Assembly (NCBI RefSeq): GCF_002105155.1
Contig: NW_019029017.1
Span: forward strand, 186,001-250,000
Origin: Lobosporangium transversale
Lineage: Eukaryota
Direction: 5' to 3'
Length of the DNA: 64,000 nucleotides
In this document: piece after piece, positions 25,703 through 44,982 of the stretch
Layout of the letters: each line of letters starts with the position of its first letter
How positions within the stretch are numbered: the stretch's first letter is position 1
Notes under the pieces: model-generated
What the model was told of the DNA's origin: nothing
Databases searched by the model: none
Seen by the model: the letters and a program-made list of their open reading frames with translations, nothing else
Made by a program: the position numbers and the translations under genes

Positions 25703-26405
25703 TATCCCGATCATTGTTGCCTCAAGCGCTTATTGTACCAATGGGTGGAACCCTCGCTGCTGTAATCCTAGGCTTAAACTTCTCAGGTCGCATTTGAGAT
25801 GACATTTGCGCGAGACACAGCCCATCAATATTTCCAGCGCCAATCGCAGCACGATCAAATACACCCACATCTACGGTAGTATTTTAATCGTGGTAGGACT
25901 AGGTTCTAGGGGATTGGTGTGATTGGTATGGTAACAACGTGCACTGATGGAACACCTATGAATGCCACCTAGCAACTCGCCATACTATTGCTTTAGAGAT
26001 AGAGACTCGAGCATGCAATTAATCGATTTTTTAAAATCTCGAATGACAACCATCTTTAGATCTGTATGGAAGTTCGGTAACATACCTCTAGCGAAAAAAG
26101 AGCCGGAACGGTGTTTTGTTTTTCTTTTAGGTAGGGGAAGAATGAATGAGATGACAAATGTTGCTAGTTGCATTAAAAGAGTGAAGGCAAGTAAATGGTG
26201 GACATAGTGCATCGTGATGATATGGCTTGATATATGGCTATTGACTTTTTTTTTTTGCTGTTTAATTTTTACTGATATTTTTTTTTCTTCCTTGGCATGC
26301 AATAGATAATAGTTTTTTGCTAGTAGAAAGCACAGAGAGCCGGATCTGTCCTCCCCATGAGTTGATGGAAGCTAAATGGGCAAAATTGCCCGGTTTACAG
26401 CCCAA
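25703..26405 (-). repeat. Dispersed diverged repeat, copy 1 (homologous to 55693-56281); probable decayed flavin monooxygenase 5' fragment
   Basis: Colinear shared blocks such as ATTTGAGATGACAT, CACGATCAAATACAC, AACATACCTCTAGCGAAAAA and GGGCAAAWTTGCCC. Confidence 0.85.
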
Positions 26406-27114
26406 GGGACAGGGCCTAAAGGAGTACCAAGGTCTTGGCCTTGACGCCACTGGCTCGTGTTTTTTTTTTTTTTTTTTGTTTTTTTGTTGAGCGCATAGAC
26501 GGATCGAGCTAATGGACAATTTAGAATATAACCCATCGATTATATCATATATGAACGCTTCCCTAAAAAAGAATACGAAGCATTTCGCATGGCACAGACG
26601 ACATACATATAGCATTGTCCCTAGTCTGAATCCTTCATAAAGTTTGCTTTTAAAAAATGCTATGCTGCTTAAGCATGTCCTATTTGCTGAACGATGCCAA
26701 CGCCAGTGTCTGGGGGCCATCTGCATCACAAGAGGTACTATTTCAATCGCCATTGTTGATCCACTCAAGTTTCCATCCATTCATAGCTATGGGAGTTGTC
26801 CTGTTCAAAACTGTGAATTTATTTCATTGCTTCACCCCAGGATGTAAGACCATGCCCCTCTCTCCGATCCGTCTGGTTGTTCGTGCAAGTTTAGGAAGAT
26901 TCAAGGCCATCCTCGGTATCCAAAAGGTTCTGTTGTGTGTTAAGATAAAATAGTGGGAAATTGCTGTCAGAGATCAGGAGCAGATTGCCGGTTTAGAAGA
27001 AAGCCTTGAAAGCTTTTTTTTTTATAAGAGTTTATTTGGTAGTGGTGTTCGCATAGTATATACTGTGAGAAAATTGCATTTTTTGACGATGCAAAGATTG
27101 GGTTAGTACAAAGG

Positions 27115-27250
27115 AAAAAACCTTTCATACTCAGGTCGGGGCCGTACCTCTCTGTCCCCTGCCTTGATCCGAGAGGAAGTGGGGTTTCCGGATTTGAAAC
27201 CAGACCCTCCGCTACAGAGGGGGAAGCTTTAGCCACTAGGCCAGGCTTAA
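27115..27250 (-). ncRNA. Putative Pol III transcript / tRNA-derived SINE-like element
   Basis: A-box TGGCCTAGTGG (27243-27233), B-box-like GGTTTCAAATCC (27201-27190), stem-loop CCCTC-N7-GAGGG, 3' hairpin CCTCTC/GAGAGG and T6 terminator (27120-27115); no acceptor stem. Confidence 0.5.
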
Positions 27251-27718
27251 AGCAAGCATGGGCTGAAACAGTTGGGCCATTGCGGGAGCAAGTCACATGA
27301 TATGCCACGTGATCAGCTGCGCTAGCGTATTTTGAGCGTACTTGGACACATTCTGCGTCTTCGCTTTTGCCCACTTCACGCACTTTCAATCTCATCTCTT
27401 TTTTTTACAAGATCGAGGAGAACACGAGTGGACATAGAGTTTGTCGTTCTCTTCCTTTTGTTGGCTTATATCCTCTATTGACACAGGTGAGTGTTCTTAT
27501 CCACACACGCACTGCCTGATTGCCTGATTGGCTTGATCATAGTCATCGACCACGCCATTCACTATTTTCGATTCATACATGCTGCATATACTTTAACCAG
27601 GCTCATTTGCACATGCGTACACTATCCGTCTAATTAACTTTGCCCCGATGTCATTTAGGCACCAACAAACAGCTCAAGCACACAAATCTTTACACTTTAA
27701 CTTCGATCACCTCCTGTT

Positions 27719-35291
<7,573 letters not shown>

Positions 35292-35484
35292 TACTTAGTA
35301 TCTATTTTGTTTATTTTCTTGTCGTAAAAAATATGTTTCATTACAACTTTGTGCAATAAAAAAAATATTCGTTTAATCAAAATGGCTCCTTCCTCTCTTT
35401 TAAGCAATTGATGGTGCGATGCGATGCTTCTGTACATGTACAATAATTGATTTAATATTAAGTGACATCTGCTTTGCTCCATGA

Positions 35485-36403
35485 TTAGTTCGCGGAAGCG
35501 CGCTTTGCGAGGACACGATCTATAATCTTGGCGACAAGGCTCTCACCCTCCTCACCGTTGAGATATCTCTTGACCATGGAATCGACAGCTTTAGAGGCAT
35601 ACTTGCCCATCATATCAACTTCGATATTCACCTGGTCGCCCAGGGCCTTGTGAGGCATGACCACACGGGTCTGAGTGTAAGCGATCATCATAATGGAGAA
35701 GGTCCTCTTGACATCATCGACATCAATGACTGTGAGGGAAGTGCCATCAAGACAAATGAAACCCTTGGGGACAATATAGTTCATAAGTTCTTGGTATTCC
35801 TCTGGGACTTGGAAGACAAATGTGATGGCATTGCCGTCATCCACACGGGAGACGATCGAAACTGTGGTGTCGACGTGGCCCTGGACCATGTGTCCGCCAA
35901 ACCGAGTGTGTGCATTCATGGCACGCTCCAAGTTGACAGCATCCCCAATCTTGAGCGAACCTTTTTAATAAATTATAAAATAAGGAGTTTGAGTATGTTA
36001 TTATTACTATTTTGCCCTACGGTTCTAAAAGTACCTACCCAGGTTGGTCTTGCGAAGAGTCTCGGGTGCTACACCAACCTTGAATGACGACTCGTTGAAT
36101 TCAGTCACAGTTAAACAGGTGCCTGAGGAAGGGGGAAATAGATCAGTAGATCGGTCAGTAAAGGATATTTTTAATCCGTATTATACTCCACATTCTTTTC
36201 TTATTACTATCATTCGATTGAATCAGAGGTGGGAGAAGAAGGAACTAACCATTGACAGCAATGCTGTCACCGAGGTGGCAGTCGCCCAAGATCTCGGCAG
36301 CCTCACCAATTGTGATGCTGAATCCCTTTCCACCTGATTCTGAAAAGTCGAGGGGTGCAACATCGATGACCTTGCCAAGGTGCTCAACAATGCCAGTGAA
36401 CAT
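35485..36403 (-). CDS. RIB5: Riboflavin synthase (alpha chain); exons ~36403-36250, 36122-36039, 35960-35485
   Basis: N-terminal MFTGIVE, GDSIAVNGTCLTV, VNLERAM..RFGGHMVQGHVD, KGFICLDGTSLTV, VNIEVD. Confidence 0.97.
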
Positions 36404-37035
36404 GATGCAACTAGCTCTTTATTTTTATTGAAAGTAGAGGAATTAGTCGGATGAGAAAGCAAGGGGAAAGAAGTGAAATGAAAAGAGAAAAAAGAGGAAA
36501 GATCACTTCTAAATTTTTGTGAAATATGCGCAGCGCGCACAAAATTGTTTTTATTGAATTGCCTATTAAAGTTATGCGTAGGCCGTAATGGCGCCCTCCT
36601 TTCTCTTGACTCGCATATATATATACTTTTTCGTTCTTCGAACGCAGAAAACTAATCACAAAGGGTGGAAAAGGGACGGAGAGATGATAATGATGGAGAA
36701 AATGGACGATAAAGGCCCCAATTTCAAGTCTAGTCCCATGTCTATCTTACATGCTTACATGCTCTTCTGCCATCAATTCACGCGCTCGATAAGATCTAGG
36801 TGCACGTGATCACGACATGCCTGTCATTCTTTACCACGTCACATTGGGGACAAAGAGAGAGGGGAGAACCTGATCATCATCATTCCCAAGAAAGCAAGCA
36901 TCCGACAATTCTAGGACGCCTTTTGACGATAGCCAATCCTTACCCTGGCTCATCCATTTCTTTCTTGAAAATCTATTTTTTTCTTCTTTCTTACGGACAC
37001 TCAATATCCTCTCTCGTCAAACCCATCTTTGCAAG

Positions 37036-38067
37036 ATGCTCCACAAGCTTACTCTTCTTGCCGTTGCTGTCTTGGTCACGCTCCAGTCAGTGGCAGCCTT
37101 CAACGTCGTTGTACCTGCTGGAGAGCGCCGATGCTTTTTCGAAAACCTTGAGAAGGGTGATACCTTCCATGTATCTTTCCAAGTTGGGGAGGGCGGCCAT
37201 CTCGACATTGACTTTTTTGTAAGAGGCACAAATAAAAAGAAAAGACTCGGCAATGAAACAAAAAGCAAAGGAAGATTAGGCGATTTTAGAATGCTTTACA
37301 GGCTTTCTCCCAAAGTTCAAAACAAAGAATGATTCTAATCTAACTATGATTACATTAACGCGTGATTAGATGACTAATCCAAATGAAATCCTTGTCGAGG
37401 ATGCCAAGAAGACTGCATCAGACACGTTCAACTTTGAGGCAAAGATCAGTGGCAAGCATGAGTACTGCTTCAGCAACGCTTTTTCAACTGTAACTGAGAA
37501 GACTGTTGGATTCAATGCTTTGGTCTTTAAGCCATACAGGGAGGATGCCAGTATGTGGTTTTTTTTTATATGCTGTTCAATTGAGCTACCACACTATGAA
37601 AAGAACGAATGTGTATAACTGACGAGATACCTCATTATCTATTCAACAGCAAACAAGACTGACCCACTTGAGCAAGAGATCCGTGAATTGGCTGCTGGGA
37701 TCCAAGAGATCAAAAATGAACAGGAGTATACTTTGGCTCGTGAGAGAACACACCGTAACAGTACGTAGCAATCCATTTTTGGCTCATAATTTTTTTTTTT
37801 TTTTTTTTTTTTTTTTCATTTACTTTTACTTGAGGACTATTTGCAAAGACATGGTGGCTAGAAAGAGACTCTTTTAGGTGACGATCACCCGCTAATTTCC
37901 ATGAAAACGATTTCATGATCTCTATTCAAAATGGTCTATTAGCTGCTGAAAGCACAAACTCGCGCGTGGTGTGGTGGTCCTTGTTCCAGTCCGCTATCCT
38001 TTTCCTTGTTTGCGTCTTCCAGATTACGTATCTTAAGCGTTTCTTTGAGGTCAAGCGTGTTGTTTAA
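37036..38067 (+). CDS. EMP24: p24/Emp24 GOLD-domain cargo receptor; exons ~37036-37218, 37370-37550, 37650-37760, 37943-38067
   Basis: Signal peptide, CFFE, YCFSNAFST, RERTHRNTAESTNSRVVWWS, C-terminal YLKRFFEVKRVV. Confidence 0.92.
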
Positions 38068-38516
38068 AATAATACAACCTCATTACACCCTGGTTTTTAC
38101 TTTTTTAATTGGGGCTATTTTATTTTACTATACTTTTTTCTTTGCTTGACATGGCATTGACAATTAACTGTCGTTTGCTGCGGCACACCGTATCATCTTT
38201 GAAATAAAAAATTGTGTCTACTATTTATGTCTTGGCCATGTGCTGTGTTCACAATAAAGCGCGTCTATTAAAAAATTGGCTTTTGTTTTATTTTATTTTC
38301 CTTTTTCTGCTTCTTTGTTCTTTGTTTCTGTTTTCACAAAATAAAAACCATTTAACACTATACAAACGTCTTGTGCATGTCAAACATTCAACCATACTTG
38401 TAGTTTCGACAGCACCATGGATAAATTGACCGAGGAGTAATTTCAAAACGAAATTAGATCGTTCATTTGATTACATTCTCTTCATGGGTTTGGTTAATGC
38501 CTCGATCTAATTTCTA

Positions 38517-38551
<35 letters not shown>

Positions 38552-38581
38552 AAAAGACAAGCCCGAGAAACTATTTCTCGA

Positions 38582-40352
38582 ATGTTTGACGAAATGGGCA
38601 GGACTTTGAATGCTGTAGGGGATTATTCCGAGAGTGAATACGAGACAGACGAGGATGAGATTCCTGAAGGTTAGTACCAAAATAAAATAAAGAAATCTGT
38701 GATAAAACAATACATGGACTTTTTAATTCAAAAGGATTTGTTCCATGTGATACTAAAGAATTTTCTTTGTTCTCTTTAATGCATTTTTCAAGCTAGCTCA
38801 AGCTCGCGCCCAGTAGCAACTCAACCTGTAGAGACTACTCAAACACCAGAGGATGGTGATGCACCCGTAAAGAAAAAGAAGAAAAAGAGAAAAAAAAAGG
38901 CGGCCAACAAGCCTGATTTGGAAGACCTTCTCAACAATGTCAATCTTGAGGAACTTGAGAAAGAGGACCCTTATGACATGTAAGCACTAGTGTGATATTT
39001 TCTTTTTTCTTATTGTTTCTTTCCATTACCTGTTGCGTTATACCTGCCAACACATCAAGAAAACCTGGAGAATAAGACTATGGCATTCACATTTGTTCAA
39101 TGATAGCTCTAAATCTGTAGCTGAGAGGATGGAACTAGCCGTAACACGTTTTCGTAAAAACCGCAAGTTTAACCCTGAACGAGCACAGATCTTATCTACT
39201 TATCTTGACTACGGTGGTATTCGGACTGGTCCCAAGATGTTCCAAGGAGGTGGGGCTTCTAACACACCCGGTGTCACAGACAATGATACCAATCCGGGCG
39301 ATCCTGATTATGAGGCCATGAATGCCGGTATCGATAGCGTGGATCTCCCCGAAGATGGACAAGTGATCGATTTCACCAACGTTGTAACCACGTTCCTTTC
39401 GGAACACTTCTTAAAAAACACAGGATGGATCGATATGACCTATCATAAAGACACCCCCCTAGTTATTGCGGCATTACTGAACTATCTCTTGCTTCGAAAT
39501 GTACTTCCAGAGCATGAAGAAGATTTGCGAGCTGCATTGAAGGTTGCAGAGCAAGCCCAGGTTGAACTACCCCTCTGTAAACAGATCAACAATAGTATGC
39601 CTGGTCTCTATGACAAAGCATGCTCATTGCTGTATGGTGGCGAGTGGTATGGACACCTTGACCAGACATGGACATCCTACGAGACCAATGTCGAAAGTTT
39701 GGGGATGGATCGTGCGATGGCGGAGGCAATTGTCCAGTCATTGATTGGCCCTGACGCAGACCTGAAGAATCTTTCAATCATTTCCAGAGAGGATTTGGAT
39801 CTAGAGATCATCCATATTGATTTCCCTGATGAGCCACAAGAGCCTGAGGAGAATAACTCTGATAAAGCAGATTTTTCCGATGAATTGGCTACAGAGGATG
39901 ATCCCGAATTAGTGGCTATGGTCGATAGAATGTTGCTAGGCTCAAGTGCCCCTTCGTTCAACACATCCGAGTCAGGATTGGATCAAACCAATAGTAGTAG
40001 TAATCATCCAGCGAGTACAATACCGTCAGAATTTGGGCCTATACCATCCTCCAAGAACAAGCCCGTTATGCCTGTGCCCATGTTTGCGAATGTAACCTTT
40101 GCAGAATGGGATCGGTATCTACTACGTGAGGAGCAAAAACCACTGGACCAGCGGCGTAAGTTTCATGTGTACTTTGATCCGTCAACTGCAAGCAAGATGC
40201 TGCTTAGTATGAGAGTTGTAGGAATTGTGTACACGTTGTCGAATGGCATGTCCTACCTGGAGCAGGCAGCAATCTACCCTACATACTATCTGGAAGCAGA
40301 AGTAGATGAAACTCCAGACGATGCTTATGAAGAATGGTCGGACAATGAATAG
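38582..40352 (+). CDS. Argonaute siRNA chaperone complex subunit Arb1-like protein; exons ~38582-38669, 38793-38979, 39107-40352
   Basis: EDPYD.S.SVAERME.AV.RFRKNRKF...YL.YGGI..GPKMFQGG, LNYLLLRNVLPE, A.VELP, C-terminal IYPTYY; these resemble fungal Arb1 as I recall the family. Confidence 0.75.
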
Positions 40353-40542
40353 CCCTGTACAGGTCAATCCGTCCAGTCTACGCATGACACCAAACAATAG
40401 AACACCAGCTACATGTAATGTAATCATTTGAAATAAAGCACTTGTTGGAATGATTGATGGATCTCTTCGCCATTGTTTATTGCCGTTAGTTCAACATGTT
40501 CTCCATTGGAAAAGTAGTCAGACACGTTGTTCCAGACACACC

Positions 40543-42795
40543 TCAAGCCTGATTTTGTTCTATCTCCTCGATCAGCCTATTAAGTTTCGGCACTAATGAC
40601 TGAAATCTGAACTCCCGCATGATTCCCAGTACCCTTTCTGCTGATGCCCACAATTGATTATCCACACAGGCCTTGAGTAACACATAGTATGATTTCCATA
40701 GGATCTGGTCGCTATTGCAAGCAATCGAATCCCCTTGAAATTTTTTCAGCCATCTCTCGGCATTATCCATCAGTGAAAGCCTAGAATATCCAGAGATCAT
40801 GATAAGATAAGCACCCGCAGACATGCCTTCCTCGGTAGTTGTTTGAGCAAGACGAGCCATATTTTCAGCCAGCTCAATATCATGGCCCTTGAAAGCACAT
40901 TGCATCATAGCACCATATGTGTGGATAGAGGGCGCATGCCCCTCCTGTTGCATGGCCTCAAATGTTTCCTTGGCTCTATCCAGCATGCCGACATTAACGT
41001 ATCCCGCTATCAATGCTGAATATGTTATGGCTGTTTTGGGGATTTTCCGGCTTGTCATGAGGTCTGCAACTTTCATGGCTGACCCCGCATCTCGTTGCGA
41101 AAACAACACATCTGTAACAATCGTATAAGTAGTGGCGTTGGGTGCAATCCCAGAATCTGTCATGTGGCTCATCACTTTATTCACTCCCACCTGATCCTGA
41201 ACCGAAAGCAGCCCCTTGATCATAATATTATAAGTATCCAAAGTTGGTTTGACTTTCTTGCGCATAGTCATCTCATCAAACATGACCTTGGCTTTTTCAG
41301 GCAGATGGTTGCGGAGTAGACCGGTCAAAACAATGTTATACATAGTCGAGTCAGGCTTAATAAAGTAAGGCTGTTGCTGCATGCTCTCCCATAGTCCCAT
41401 GGCGGAATCAGGATTCTTCGATCTGAAATATCCATTCATCACACTAGAAAAGCTATGTGCATCAGGTTTGATCTCTGGGTCCTTGAGGATCTGATTCCAT
41501 AGCTCTAATGCGGCAGGAAATTCTTTTGGTATACGACACAATGCTGACAGAAGCGCGTTCATGACGGGCAGATCCAGATGCGCTGTTCCTGGCTGCTCCG
41601 AGATTCGAGTCCACATCTGTGTTGCTTCATTCAAACACCCTGCCTTAAGTAGACCGGACATCATGGCTGATGCCGTATACTTGTTGATCGGGAAGCCCAA
41701 GTCAAGGGTATGGTTCTGAAGAGCAAAGGCCTCATCGGGTCTATTGCTTTCGAATAAAGAACTCAGCAAGTGGGTAAAGCGTCTAGAATTGGGGGGACAG
41801 CTCTGAATCTGGAGGTCACGAAAGATAGATTTCACGCGTTCGATATCATTGCTCGTCAGTTGTAAGCCTCTTGTCCAATTAAGGAATTGTGATATATACT
41901 GCATCAGCCCATTGCTCTTGCAAGAGATCAAATCCTGAAGCCTAGCTTCATCCCCGTTCTTGAGATACATGGCCATTTGAAGCGCCAATGTCCTTTGAGA
42001 TGTCGCCATATCCATAGGTTCCTCATAAATAATGTCAATCGCGCGTTGCGCCTCCTGAAACTTGTTCCGTTTGATATGAAGGTAGATAAAGTCGTTGTAG
42101 ACGTCCGATGAATAGTGTATATCACGTTTATGCATCGCCATCATGACTTGATTCATTTTTCTAGCCGTATCATTTGTAATGGGTTTGCTCCGAAGCCATT
42201 GAAGGAGCCGTAGGAGATCAGTCTCGGTGACAATCCTCTTTTGATTGAGCTGCTCCTGGTATAAAGCCCAATAATCAATATTTGGATCCATCGAGGAAGC
42301 CCTTGGGAAAATATTGTGTTTTAATGGCGAACGTGATGGAGTCGATGCTGCTTTTCCAGTCCCCTTGGCTAGAATCTCCTCGATAATGCGAGGAGGGCCA
42401 GGGCCCCAGGATATCCGTGTGTCGTTACCACTATTGCTGTATGCAACTATGCCTGTGTCTACGGCTAGATGTGTATGATTCCATGAATTGCATGAACTAC
42501 TTTGCTCTCCCTGTGTCTTATCGCTTACTATGCTGGGTACTGTGGTGTGCTTTGATAGACTGCTTGAATGTATAGTTCGTTGTTGACCGAGCTGTAGGCG
42601 TCGGATCCTAGATTTTACGGGCACATGGGCCAATAGTGTCTCTGTCTGCACCTGAAGTAGTAAAAGTCGGAGGCATTGAGCCGAGGATCCTGCCGTTGTG
42701 GTTGAATGTGTACATGTTGTAACAGATCTTGTTTGTGGAACCAGCGTGGATCGAGCAGTTTTTGCCACACATGACTGGAATCTTGTAGCACTCAT
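40543..42795 (-). CDS. Mitochondrial pentatricopeptide-repeat (PPR) protein, single exon
   Basis: Successive ~35-aa units (PDAHSFSSVMNGY, PDSTMYNIVLTGL, PTLDTYNIMIKGL, PNATTYTIV, TYSALIAGY, PSIHTYGAMM); presequence-like start MSATRFQ. Confidence 0.9.
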   Translation of the reverse strand: MSATRFQSCVAKTARSTLVPQTRSVTTCTHSTTTAGSSAQCLRLLLLQVQTETLLAHVPVKSRIRRLQLGQQRTIHSSSLSKHTTVPSIVSDKTQGEQSSSCNSWNHTHLAVDTGIVAYSNSGNDTRISWGPGPPRIIEEILAKGTGKAASTPSRSPLKHNIFPRASSMDPNIDYWALYQEQLNQKRIVTETDLLRLLQWLRSKPITNDTARKMNQVMMAMHKRDIHYSSDVYNDFIYLHIKRNKFQEAQRAIDIIYEEPMDMATSQRTLALQMAMYLKNGDEARLQDLISCKSNGLMQYISQFLNWTRGLQLTSNDIERVKSIFRDLQIQSCPPNSRRFTHLLSSLFESNRPDEAFALQNHTLDLGFPINKYTASAMMSGLLKAGCLNEATQMWTRISEQPGTAHLDLPVMNALLSALCRIPKEFPAALELWNQILKDPEIKPDAHSFSSVMNGYFRSKNPDSAMGLWESMQQQPYFIKPDSTMYNIVLTGLLRNHLPEKAKVMFDEMTMRKKVKPTLDTYNIMIKGLLSVQDQVGVNKVMSHMTDSGIAPNATTYTIVTDVLFSQRDAGSAMKVADLMTSRKIPKTAITYSALIAGYVNVGMLDRAKETFEAMQQEGHAPSIHTYGAMMQCAFKGHDIELAENMARLAQTTTEEGMSAGAYLIMISGYSRLSLMDNAERWLKKFQGDSIACNSDQILWKSYYVLLKACVDNQLWASAERVLGIMREFRFQSLVPKLNRLIEEIEQNQA

Positions 42796-42987
42796 TATTA
42801 AGTTAAAGGAGACGAGTGCGACAAAAGAATGAATTTCAGTTTCCAGCCCAAATGCCGAAGGGAGGGACACTACATCGTGGCTTGGCAACCCTTTTTTGCC
42901 ACCACCTTTTTGTATGTGATGCGAAGCATTTAAAAATTATATCCAAGACCTGCTTTAATTTCAGACACAAGTAAAAGCACAGGAATC

Positions 42988-43363
42988 ATGTCAACAGTAG
43001 TAGAAAATAAAGACACCAATGGAGCAGCTCCATTGACTACTACATCAGGATCATCATCGTCCGACCAGGCAGAAAATGCCAAAGCAGAAGGTCAACTGAA
43101 AGAAGTTCAACTGAAACAACTATATGAACAGTCAACACAATACAACCATTGGCGATATACACAGGCTGCGTTGGATAATTTGAGAAATAAAGTAAACCAG
43201 GAAGCTATCGCTTGTATTAAACAGAACATTGGAGAAGAACGTGAACAGGTACAACTTGTGTCTTTCTTATGGCTCTGATAAAGACGGGGAAAAGAAAGAT
43301 CATGGCTCTCATACATGGATGTCTAACATGGATCCATATTACTATCTCTTTTTTTTTTTTTTT

Positions 43364-43402
<39 letters not shown>

Positions 43403-43563
43403 AGTAGAGGCTAGCACAAGGCCTCTCTGTCGACGGCTTGCCAAAAGACCTTAGTTTTCTAAAAGTAGAAGAAGAGCTGGCCCTCCTTGGGTTTTATGAA
43501 CGCAAGATAGTACAGATATTTCAGCATTGGAAGCTCCCATCCCACACAACAGTAAGTGGGCAA

Positions 43564-43599
<36 letters not shown>

Positions 43600-44428
43600 G
43601 GCAAACTATGACTTTTGATGTCGTGGAAATATTTTATTATTATTCCTATTCTTAAAGTTGGATTGGGAGCTTACAGAGATTGTTATATCATCTCATTGCT
43701 AGGCAACAGCTATCGTCTACATGAAGAGATTCTACCTTGAGAATACAGTCATGGATTATCATCCTAAAGATGTTATGTAAGGATCATTTTTTTTTCTTCG
43801 TCTTCTTTATTTTCAATTACACCTTTTTTTTTTTTTTTTTTTTTTTAACCAAAGATATGCATTGGCTGTTTTTTTTATTTTACTTAATTTAACTTGTCGA
43901 TTCTTTTTTTTTTTTTTTTTTTTTTTTTCTTTTATCATTTCAATATGTAGGATGACATGCATGTTCTTAGCACGCAAGACAGAAAATGTTTTAATGAATA
44001 TTGAGGATTTTACAAAAGCACTCAAAGCTTTGCCATCAGCCATCTTGAATTTGGAGTTTTTAGTCTGTAAGAACCTACGCTTCCATTTCACTGTGCACCA
44101 CCCATATCGCCCATGCCTTGGTTTTTTTTACGATATGCAGGTAAAAATTTATTCTATTCTCACCTTTTTTTTTTTTTTTTTTTTTTTGCTTGTCCACCAT
44201 TCTTAAAAAAAAAAAAAAACTTTCTTGAATTATATCTGTCATGAATAATATATAGGCTGTCACCGATAATATGGAGAGGCTACAGAGGGTATATGAGGCT
44301 GCTCTGAAGTTGATCGACACCTCCCTTCACACGGACCTCTGTTTCTTATACCAACCCTCACAGATTGCCCTTGCGGCCCTGCGGATAGCTTGTCAAGACG
44401 AATCCTATGATTTTGAAAGGTAATGGTT

Positions 44429-44463
<35 letters not shown>

Positions 44464-44982
44464 ACTACTATAGCTTACAATACATTGGACAGTTTTATAA
44501 CTCTGTCTACCGACTTTTTATTATTATTATTATTATTCTCTTCTTTCATCATAGATACGCTACTTATAAATTCAAAGCAACGGAAAGTACAACGCAAAAG
44601 TATAATCAAACATTGCTACCGATATTAGAAAGCATTGAGAACGTCTTGAAAACAGATCCACGTTGTGTTGAAGTGGATAGATCTGTGGTACAAGAGATTG
44701 ATAGAAGACTAAAAACATGCAAGGATCCTGCAAAGAACCCGGAAAGTTTGATGTAAGAAAAGGCATTGTTTGTGTAACTACTGAATATTCCAACCAACAT
44801 AAAAACTAACATCGGAAAATTCATTTCATACTTTTCTTAAAAAAAAAAAAAAAAAAAAAAAAAGCTACGGTAAAAGAAAGAGAACTGAGGTGAATGGCGA
44901 CGACGATGACGATGACGATGAGAAAGATGATGACAAGCCCGATAAGCGGCAAAAACTGGGAACTGATAGCTCACCTGAATAA
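42988..44982 (+). CDS. CCL1: Cyclin H (TFIIH/CAK subunit Ccl1/Mcs2); exons ~42988-43248, 43408-43551, 43703-43776, 43951-44140, 44256-44419, 44555-44752, 44865-44982
   Basis: LYEQSTQYNHWRY, ATAIVYMKRFYLENTVMDYHPKDVM.TCMFLARKTEN, LEFLV..L.FHF.VHHPYRP, TDLCFLYQPSQIALAA. Confidence 0.9.

Noticed and set aside
27121..27180. HDV-like ribozyme in the tail of the tRNA-like element
   Set aside because: Only about 18 nt separate the CCTCTC/GAGAGG strands, too few for the nested P3/P1/P4 elements.
27178..27250. Functional tRNA (Tyr-like loop)
   Set aside because: No acceptor-stem pairing, broken D-stem and 8-nt T-loop; kept only as a tRNA-derived element.
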